Assembly: GCA_002269645.1 (NCBI GenBank)
Contig: NIVC01001426.1
Span: 1-64,000, forward strand
From: Macrostomum lignano
Lineage: Eukaryota
Length of the DNA: 64,000 nt
Direction of reading: 5' to 3'
Within the stretch, counting starts at the first letter, position 1, and the number at the start of each line of letters is the position of its first letter. Position numbers and translations under genes: made by a program. Below the pieces are notes generated by a model that was not told the DNA's origin, did no database searches, and saw only the letters and a list, made by a program, of their open reading frames with translations. Of this stretch, positions 1 to 10,429 are shown in pieces.

Positions 1-110
1 CAACCCAGCGCAGTGCATGTTAAAGCTGTATACAAGCCTTCAAATTATACATGTGATGAGATCTAATATAAGATTTATGGGACTCAAAAACAGTTTAAGA
101 TGAAGCCTCA

Positions 111-3100
111 TTACCCAGCATCCGGAGCTCTCGTAGGTGCAGCTCCACCACGCCCTGTCTGCTGCTGCTGCCGCTGCTGTTCTGGACTCGCCGGAGCCCT
201 GAGCGAGTCGCGCACCCGACAGAGCTGGCTTCGCATCCTCTCCAGCTCGCCAATTCGTTTGTCCAAGCTGGCCGTCAGCTCGCCGAGCTGCTTGACGGCG
301 CCAACATTCTCCATATAGATTCGATCTTTGTTTACCAGCAGCAGCGGCTCGCCAGTGGTTGGCACCAGCTGGGTGCTGCTCTTGCGAACAGCGTCTGGCA
401 GGACTCCGGCAACCTCCTGGGCGATGACGCCGGTGTCTCGAGAGGAGTGCGACGCTCCAACACCACCGGGCCGCCGTCCAGCCGCCTGTAATTGTAAATC
501 CGGAGCTGGCTGATGTTGGCCAGCTGGTCGGCTGGTTGAAGCTCGTCCTCGATGGCTTTGATGCGAGCGTCCGATGGTTGCAGAAGGTTGCCATTTAGTT
601 GAAGGTTTCCGCTCACCTGAAAGTTTAAGTTGGCATGGGAATTCGGGGAATCTAGAGTTTTTTAGGATATACTTATGAGGTTTCCTAAATGACGACTCAC
701 AGACCATATTTATTAGAAGACTTCTAAAAGAGTAGCGAGTTTGTATGCTCAGGATTTGGGCCTACTGCACGGGCTGTGAGCAGTCCAACGGAGCATTTAC
801 TCAAGAAAACAAAGTTTCATAAGTACGAGCGCACAAATTTTTCTGTTTTAGAAATTCTAGAAGCTCAACTTTGAAATGAAATGAAGGACGTCAATTTTAC
901 TCTGGTAAGATGTGCCACAGTACCAAGTAGCCAGATTTCAAATCTCACCGTCAGCGCTTCACCAGGGTGTGGTCGTGTTGATGCCGACTCTGCCTGCGAA
1001 TGCAGCCACTCCTTTGTCGGGAAAGCGCCAACCATCTGCTGCAGGCTGAGCTTCCTCGGTGCGATGTTCTGCTCCGCTGCGGCATCGGCTGTTCCGGCGG
1101 CTGTCGCTGAGGACGCTTCAAACTGTCCCGGATTGGAGGCGCGCACAATCACCCTGCCGGAGAGCTGACGACACAACGGCACAGCCAAGCCGGACTCCAG
1201 CACGGCGTCGATGCCGACCGCCAGCGAAAGAACCGTGGTCCGGGTGCAGCTCGCCGCGACGCCGCTGGTTGTTGAGCGTTGCCGATGTGAAATGCAGCCG
1301 TCCAGCCACTGCGCGAACGCGGACGCCTTGGCCCGGAAGACTCAACGGTTGCGTAACAAACTGACGCCGAGTCCGATTGGCCTCCGCTTGCTCAAGCGCG
1401 ATCGGAGGCGACTCAAATGGCGATTCCGCTCGAACGGCGGTTAATGACAGCTGGAAACTGCGCACCAGCTGTACGGTGCAAGACGACTCATCATCGTGGC
1501 TTGGGGCAATCGGTACGGCCCACTGATGGCCGCTGACACCCACTATGCAGGTGATCTGGATGCGTGGAGATGAAGAGCACGTTGGCCTTGTGGTTTTACT
1601 GAAAGTTCATTTTTTTCCATTTTTACACCAAAAAATCTGTAATTACTTCCTAATGGAGACAGACCCAATGTACATCCTTTCTTATAGCTCTATTGATATC
1701 AATAAAGCTTTTTGTTTAGAAAGTAAGGATCCTATGGTAATTTTATACCCTACGTACAAGTATTACTTTTTAATTGTACTTAGCTAATATAAAAGTTATT
1801 ATCTTAGCCTTTATTTTCACTCAGTAGCTAGTGGTGAGACTTTATTAAAGTGCACTTTAATAAAAGACTAATATTAGACTAATTAGGTAATATTTATGAA
1901 AAAAGACAATAAATATTTTCTCATTTGTATTGAATTTTTGTAGTTAAAATCCATTTTGTTATAGTCAATAAGCGAAGCATGATACAATTAAGATACATAA
2001 AGTCAATGAGTCTGTCATGTTTATGATTTCTAGGAACAGGACATGTACGATATAAAATTAACGTAGAATTTTCTAATTTTGTAAGCGAAATTAGTTATGA
2101 ATATCAATATAGCTACAAGACAGATAAGTCAATATCAGAAGATAAACATAGGGTCTGCCTTCGATCAAAAGCAATTACCGTCCTTCTACTTGAATATTGC
2201 CCCCGTCTGCTACATGTAGGCACTGCACCTGAAAATGGTTTTTCTTCTGGCTGATCCAGACGCCCTCTCGACCGCTGAATTGAAATCCTTTGTCGGCCTG
2301 AACACTGAAGATGTGTCAGCTTGTCGAGTAGCCAGCTGCTGCTGTTGCTGCTGTGGGCCGCTGCAGTTCACCACCTCCAGCAAAGTGCCGATTGGAAATT
2401 CCGACCAGGATTCAAAGGTCAACGGTCGCTGCTCGGAGAACGTTGCTGGCGCTGCTGGATCGCGCGGATGAAATCCTGCATTTACAAGAAAAGTTGGCCG
2501 TGTAGCATCAAATATTACAAAGGTGACCGGCATTTTCAAAACTATAAAACTGGCTTACTTTGTCCAGGAACTCGTTCAGACAAAGTTCGCTGCAAACCGT
2601 AGCTGCAGAATCCATCCGTGGTTGGAGATGGTTGTTGAATCTGACCGCTTTGATCGACTCGTTCGTTGTATTGGTTATCAGTTTGAGACCTGAATTTATG
2701 TGAGAGCGCAAATGTAATTCAGGAAATTGCTAATTGAGCTCTCTCTGACTTTCATGTAAAGTTTTACGCTAATTCAGCAACTTGCCAGTCGGGCTCCTGA
2801 AGTTCGAAGGATTCCTCCAGCGACGCTGCGCTGTAATCATCTCCCATTTGAAACGCGCGATTGTTAAAACATTTCCATCTCCAACCAACAAGTCTGGTGG
2901 CGATTGAGCATCGGAACTGGAGTTAGATGCCGAATTTAATGGACTATCGTTGTGTGGGCGCTTTGTCGGTGGAAGATGAGCAGGAAGCTGCGGACTGCCG
3001 CTTTCCGACTCATACTCCCGTTTACAGGCATTAGTCGTCGGTTGCTCAGAATTTCGGCGTGGCTGGGATCTAAATGTAAGGTTTTAAGTTCAAAAGTTTG

Positions 3101-3449
3101 GAGAAGTTAAGTGGAATCGCTCTACAATCAGATATTTATCACTTAATATCCGTTAGCACTCACAACAGCTATAGCTTTCAATTATCTTTCGACCGACATC
3201 GATTTACATGTACGAGCATGTACGATCATCGAGTAATTGAACTTAGAAATTACCTTACCTTTTCGAAAATTCAAGCAAACTGTTTTCCTCCTTTACAACT
3301 GATGATTCATCGACGACGTAGCCAGAAATCAATGCATCTGCGCTTCCTCGATCTTGGTTTGAATAATGCATGCTATATTGATACTGGTTTGGAATTGCTG
3401 TGCTAAAAGATACACCCTGGTCAAATACTGAATTTTCATTCGGATTCAT
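111..3449 (-). CDS. MYRF: Myelin regulatory factor (MYRF)-like transcription factor: NDT80-type DNA-binding domain + intramolecular chaperone autoprocessing (peptidase S74) domain + coiled coil; multi-exon, several frameshifts, 3' end may continue beyond the window
   Basis: Frame-stitched translation gives FSVQADKGFQFSGREGVWISQKKNHFQV (about 2230-2305), GRLHFTSATLNNQRRRGELHPD, RVIVRASNPGQF, GRVGINT, EALT|VSGNLQLNGNLLQPSDARIK (intron 617-948, GT..AG), RDTGVIAQEV and RIYMENVGAVKQLGELTASLDKRIGELE, all matching MYRF-family motifs. 5' exons (about 2760-3450) are tentative. Confidence 0.85.
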
Positions 3450-4989
3450 AATGGACACTTTGATCTGAGTAAGTTGCAGCAAGATTGGCAGTTTCAAAGC
3501 CACTGCATAGCGCTAATAGCCGATTAATTACTCTCTAAATAGGTTTGAAAAAGTGCACTTTATAGCAGTATAAGAAATAATATGAATTTTTATTTTTCTA
3601 AGGGCCTAAAAGAATTAAAATTGTAACTTAAAACAAAGATTTATTACAAAACTTTTGTGAAAATTGTGAAAATTGTAAAAACTTTAGTAAGTGCAATATT
3701 TCGCAGAAAAAAGACAAATTGTCACGCCTGTCGAACCTGTCAAACCTGGCTTTGACGACGCCCTTTCAAATACCTTACTTAATAGAAATATCGTGTAGTA
3801 CTCGTTTTCAGCGATCGTGTAAAATTTAACCTTTTGAATAAATACTAAATAAATCGAATCATACTGGCATAACAGGCTCCTTAAGCCTGAGCCAAATTTA
3901 CTACTACTGTCGACTGTCGTGCAGTTGCAGTGAAGTGCAGACTGCGAATATAAAGCTTGAAAGCATGCTTTGCTTTGCTTTGCATTGCTTTGCTTCAGAC
4001 AAAGAATTAAAAATGAAAACACTGTCCGTAGGCCTAGTTCTAGCACCTATTCCGAAGATGTTACGATGCAATGGTAGTATTGCTGGCTCAATGATGATCT
4101 AGAGTGAATCAGTAAGTGAGATTATGAAATAGGCCCCTAGTCATAATTTGGAAGAATCCTTCCATTCCATAGTTTAGGCCCATGTCTATGTATGGCTAAA
4201 ATATACTATACAGGCCTAGGCTAACTGTAGCCTAGTATAGGTATGCCTTTCAAATTTTAAGTTTCTAATTTTTCATGGTGAAGTAAAGGTGAAGCAGCTT
4301 AGCAGCATTGAAAAATTTATTTGACTCACAGATTTAGGCCCTAATGCTCATCCTGAAACTTAAAAGAACTAAAAACAATTGTTGATTGCACAAGTATTAC
4401 TGCTTTATGTTATGTAGTGTTCAGCCTTAAGCAAGCCATAGCATACATTTAAGCTTAATTCAATTTTTGTGTTAGGCCTAAGAAAGCTAAGCCTTAAGCT
4501 TAAGTTAAGCTAGGGCCAATGGCCAATGCTTTGTCTATCCTAGCCATCTGTGGCTAGGGCCTATCCAATATATTATAAATTTAAATTAACTATAAATTGT
4601 ATAATGATAATTAATTTTAATAAAAAATTGCCTTTCGCTATGATGCTAATAGCCTATGATGCAGAGAAAGAAACTTGACTTGTTTAAAAAGGCTTATTTA
4701 GTCTAAAAACAAGGCTTTTAAATGTAAAATTTCCATACATTGCTCTTTTAAACTAATATTAAAGCTAGGCCCATGATTTGTTACAATTTGTATCATTATC
4801 ATAAATATACAAGTGAACTCCTCCTCTGGAGGAGAAAAGGGAAGAACTCCCATTACCAGAATTCTATTCCCTGAAATCCATCAGCTGAAAATCCATAACT
4901 TGAATCCCATCTTCCAAATCATCTCAAAATCCTCTGTAATGCCTTTCAAATACCATATCTTGTTTTCCATGTTCACAAAAACTGACTGC

Positions 4990-5840
4990 CATTGTCTAGA
5001 CTCAGACTCTTTGTCTCCTCTCTCCTCTTTGCTCTCTCATCTCTAGTCTCTCATCTCTCCACTCTCATTTCTACTGTCATATCTATCAACTTCTATCTCT
5101 TATCTCTGCACCCTGCACTTTCATTTTTACACTCTTCTTTCTCCTCACTAATTTTTCTTCTCTACACTTTCATCTCTCTTATCTCTGATCTTTCATCTTC
5201 CTTTTCTCTCCTCTCTCCTTTCTCTCTTTCCTCTATCCCTACTCTTCTTGCTTATCTTTCCTCTCTCTCCTCTCATCTCTACTCCATTATTTATCTCTTC
5301 TCCCTCGTCTCATCTGTACCCTCTCCTGTCTCCTCTCCTCTCTTTTCTCTCTTCTTCATTCTCTCTTCTCTCTCTCGTCGCCCCTCATCTTTTCTCTTTT
5401 CTAATCTCTTCTCTCTCTTATTTTCTCACTCATCTCTTTTCTCATCAAATCTCTTATCTCTGCTCTCCTCACTTCTTTCTTCTCTTAACTCTCTCATCTC
5501 TGAGCTTTTATCTCTCCCCTCTCTGCTCTCTCCCTTCCCCTTCTCCTCTCAATTCTCTCTCTCCTCTCTTATCCCTCATCTCACTCTTTCTTTTGCTATT
5601 CTCTCCTCTTTTCTATTTCCTCTGTAATCCCTCCTCTCATCTCTCTTGTCTCCTTCTGCTATCTCATATCTCCCCTCTCATCTCCTCTCTCCTCGTCTCT
5701 TCTCTCTCCCTCTTTGTTCCCGCCTTACTCCCGTCTTCTTTCCTATCTGTCATGTCTAATCTTTCCTTTCTCATTTCTAATCACTTTTCTATCATCTCTT
5801 TTCTTTTCTCTTTTCACCCTTCTCTTTACTCTTTTCTCTG
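4990..5840. repeat. CT-rich polypyrimidine low-complexity tract
   Basis: About 850 bp of degenerate (TC)/(TCTC) sequence; the overlapping L/S-rich ORFs are compositional artefacts. Confidence 0.95.
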
Positions 5841-7984
5841 ACTGACTGAAGATGCCAAATGTATCAAAATCCTCTCTGCAAAGCAGAAATCCTGTTTGTA
5901 TAACTGAAAACCATCAAAATCCTTTCGGTGAAACTTAAATCCATCAAAATCGTCTCCGTAAAACAGAAATCCATCAAAATTCTACCTGCAAAACAGAAAT
6001 CCTCTTTATGAAACTAGATTCCTTTGAAAATTCTCTCCATGAAACTGGACTCAATCAAAATTTTCTCTATCAAAAAGAACTTAACTCTCAGGGTTCAGTG
6101 GTTAGGGTTAGGGTTAGAGCTGCACAAAGCTGCTTACCTGTTAAAAGGTGCCGATAAGTAAAAATTGTACCAATTAAATCAATTGACTGTGCAATTTATT
6201 TCTCAGTCAGTCAGTGTCAGTTAAAGTTAACAAAATGATTGCGCAATTTAATCAACTATCCAATATACCATGACCAACCCCTTCCAATACACAGCAGCAA
6301 GTAAAAGTTTAACGCAATAATAAAACCAATTAAATCTCGGCACTGTCCTATCTATCTACTTACACTGTACTGCTACTATATACACACAGCCCAAGCCTAA
6401 CCCCCCTCTGTTTTGGGGGAATCATTAACTTTAACTCAAACCCCAACATGCAGGGGGTTTTTTTGCATTGAACACAAGAATATGCGCACCCCTCATTATA
6501 CAGCAACCCGCGGGTGGAGGTTGGGTGGTTTTTTTACAAACTGACCGTCAACTCTCTTACTGGAAAGACAAAAAGGCCAAAGAAGGTTAAAAGCGGTTTT
6601 CTGCTTTTTTAGGGATGCTAAAATATGAAAATTAAAAATTAAAATAGCCTAAAGCCTGATCCAGAAAATTTGCAGTTTTCCCATATAAGTTTTGACGCTG
6701 ACTTGCCAGTATTGTAGGAGTTCACTTGCAACACAAACATTGCTAGAGTTTTAGTATATTGAGAGATAATAAAATTAAATTGGCTTTCAACTCAATAATA
6801 AGGTTGATCCTATCAATCCTATCAATGTCGTATCAATACAGAAGGCCTAATCATTAGGCCTCTAGCCCATTTAATTTAATTTAGTTCAATTAGTTTAAAC
6901 AAATAATCATAGATTGTAGATTTATAGTTTTTTTAGTAAACAATTATTTATTTTATATAGGTCCTATCAATTTATTTTATTAAATTTGATTTTTTACTTC
7001 TTTTTCTTTTAGTCATCAATTTCTTATTTTTATATTTGCTTCTATTAAAGGGGAGTTAGTTTTTGGTTGGTTGATTTGCTGACACCATAATTGGGTAGCC
7101 TAAACTTCAAATTTCTGCTGGCATAGAGTTTGCACAAATAATTCTAGAAAAATTGCATAGAAGTCTCAACAAATTTTGCCTGTTTTACTTTGGCTACTGG
7201 GATCCTCAATTCCAGGGGGAAAAGGTAGTTGTTATTGTAGTCAAGTGGTTGTTTAGCAGGTACAGTCATTCAAATTGGGTCCTTAGACACCAAAGTCAAT
7301 GTACCCTATTGGAATAAGTTTCAAAAACCCGCGGATGCGCAACACAGGTGCCAAAATTGTGCCCTCAAAAGCGCGACGCAACACCAAATTTTGTTGACTG
7401 GGGGTGGCAATGCGTGACACAACACCAATGTCTGTTGACCAAATGACTGGGGGGGGGGGGGAGGACACCACAGCAGCCACGTCGCAATTGACAATTCCCA
7501 TTCTGCCATTCATTCCCAACACCGAGACCATGGGGAAAAAGAAATGAAATTTAACAATAAACAGTAAAACAACAAAGGTACAACACTTAGAAAAACAGCG
7601 CACGCATTGTAACTAACAAGTAACATTTCTAAAAATTATAATTAAAGTATTTATTACTTTACCATCAAAATAAAAAAGAACAATACAAGAACTAGTTATT
7701 ATCAAACATGTTTGAAACATTTAAATACGGAGAAACAACCGTGAAGATATTACAATGAAACACAGTTTGTGAGGTTTTGACTACAGATCCAGGCCGCAAT
7801 GCGACACATGATGACACTAGCCGCCAAGTTGCCACACTGTTGCGACGCGATGCATGACAACACCAGGTTTCCACAGTGTTGCGCGACGCGATACACCACT
7901 TGTCACCACTGTTGCGCGACGCAACACCAGGAGAATCCAAAAATGTGACAGATGGTCGTCCAAATTTTGTCAACTTATTCCAAT

Positions 7985-8210
7985 AGGGTCAATGTATGTC
8001 AAATGCTTAGCTGATTACTTTAAGTAGAGTAGTGCTGCCACTACTGTGATTTACATATTATAAAACATTGGAGTCTCAGAGCTTTCTTTGAGATGAGACC
8101 TTTTGGTTGTTTTGTCCCACAGGCAAATAACTCAAGCTCAAGATAATAAATACTATAGGCTTTGCTAATCAATGAATAGATATTGTTAATGGTTTATTAA
8201 TGGCATTATT
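7985..8210 (-). mobile_element. LTR-retroelement relic (LTR 3' end + tRNA-Leu-like PBS + leader), homologous to 47370-47575
   Basis: The reverse complement aligns by eye over about 200 bp with 47370-47575. It reads ...GTAAATCACA-G-TAGTGGCAGCA (LTR-like CA end, then PBS-like) and includes a 27 bp hairpin matching 47458-47484 at 26/27. Confidence 0.5.
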
Positions 8211-8260
8211 AGCTACTTTAGATTAGATAGACATAGCAGGAAACATACATACCCAATACC

Positions 8261-9870
8261 CATCTAACCTGTTCGAATTAGACAGGTAAAATGGCCACTA
8301 GCCAAGGTAAATTGCAAAATTAAAAACAAAGAACAAAATTGGGAGAAAAAAAGAGAAGAAAAAAAGAAAAAGGCATGAAAAGTCATATACAAAGTGAAAA
8401 TTAAATTGTAACTGGGGGAACTAAGTCACAATCAAGAGGAAATAAGTTGCAATTGGGAGAAACTAAGTCACAAATCTGGACAAAACTAAGTTGCACTAGA
8501 CAGGACAGGTGAAATTTTGAGGTTGGGCATATATGGCAAGAAAGTATTTAATAATAAAATTAACTAATATTACAACTAAGATTAGATTCACTAATGGCGC
8601 CGAGGACTAAAACTGTAAAAGAGAAACTAGGGTTAAACTAGTTTAGGTTCGCAATAGTGTCACTAAGCAAAGTAAAAGCAATAAGTCAAGTAAAGTGAAT
8701 AAAGAAAGTAAGCAGAAAAATAAGCAGGTAGTTTGCAAGAAGTAGGTAAAGGAGAGTTGAAAATGAGCAGGCAAAAATGGGAGATAATATAATATTCAAT
8801 AAATAGTCCAATAATGGGGCAGGCGCTGGGCACAGGGGTGGGCACAACAGTACAAGGAATGGAAAACTTGACAAAAGTACTAGGAAAGTAGAGCAAAAAT
8901 TAACAAAATCCAAGATTTTGTTATCCAAGAAAAATCCGGGGCATAAATGGGCTAGAGAAAGGAAAACAGGGAACCAACATAGGACAAGCAATTTTTGGGT
9001 CTTGCATAGAAAAAAATGACAGCACCAGCCTGACAATAGCCAAAAATAAAATTGTTCATGCAAAGGATTGTTATTATTAATTAGTGGCAACCCACCTACT
9101 ATAGTATCTATATAATTATTATTTATTTAAATATTACAAAATGAAGGTGCATTCAAGTACCTACATTTCTCCACTAAGTTTTTAATTAAGCACACCCAAA
9201 TGGTGCTCTTGCTATAGATTAAGAAATATAAAGTTGTAGCTTTGTTTTGCTGTATATTAGAACAAGCTGTTGAAACCTGCAGATTTTGAACCCGTGGAAT
9301 TCCAATCCCCAGAACTATTTTTAAAAAATAAAAAATAAAAATATAAAAAATATAAAATCTATCAAAACTCAAACAAACACTTGTTAACAGTTAGGATAGA
9401 GTTAAACCTAAAATGGAGTACATTCATGTAAAATGAGGATTTGAGGCAAACATTGATATTGTTGGCTAGGGTGCTGCGCAGAATGTCAGTCAAACTCTGG
9501 ACTCTACCTCTGCCTCTCCCTAGCCATATATGCCCAACCTTAAAATTTCACCTATCCAGTGCAACTTAGTTTTATCTAGATTTGCGACTTAGTTCCTCTT
9601 GATTGCAACTTAGTTTCTCCCAATTGCAACTTACAAGCTAGTTCCTCCAATTGCAACTTAATTTTCACTTTGTATATGACTTTTCTTGCCTTTTTCTTTT
9701 TTCTTCTCTTTCTCTCTCATCTTTCCCCTCTCTCTGTCTTCTCCCTCCTCTTTTTCTTTTTCTCTCCTCTCCTTTTTTCTTCCCCTAATTTTTCATTTTT
9801 TTAATTTTTGATTTTGTGACTTACCTTGGCTAGAGGCCATTTCACCTATCTAGTTTGGATGGGTTGGATG
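8261..9870. mobile_element. Foldback/MITE-like element with long imperfect inverted arms
   Basis: 8261-8537 is an imperfect reverse complement of 9523-9870 (for example CTAGCCAAGGTAA/TTACCTTGGCTAG and GGGCATATATGGC/GCCATATATGCCC), with internal AACTAAGTYRC sub-repeats. No TSD or transposase found. Confidence 0.6.
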
Positions 9871-10429
9871 GTTGGTTGGATGATTATAATGCTAAAAATG
9901 CTATTTACAAAGTCAATTTTAAAACTAGAATTATTAAAAATATATAGATCTATTCAACATTGTAATGGTATCTTATATGCATAATCTTCATAAATTATAT
10001 TATTTATGAGTTAGTTTTGACAAAAAATGAAACATAGTCGACTGTAGGCCTAGTTAACTAAGTTGTGACTTAGTTGGGCATAGCTCCTATTAGTTGTTAA
10101 CTTCTTTTCTTCTTTCTTTCTTTCTTCTATCAATTGCTTTGCTATCCTTTTTGCTTTTTTATTTTTTGAGTAAAGACCAATTTTTGTGACTAACCTTGGC
10201 TAGTTTGCTTAGAATTGCTAAGATGTCAAAGTGTATGGGGAATTGCTTAGGTGTCAATGCAAATGGAATTCACACAAATAATTGTTGTCCCTTGCAATTA
10301 CCCAGCTTTTAACAATATTTATTGAATAAATTATTACAACACTATTTTAGACTAGCCTTTGAAAGTTAAATTATATTCAAAGCATTGAATGACTTTTTCT
10401 CTCAAATTAAATTTGCAATTCACAGCAAT

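Noticed and set aside
6101-6117. TTAGGG repeats as a telomere
   Set aside because: Only about three units, internal; too short to call.
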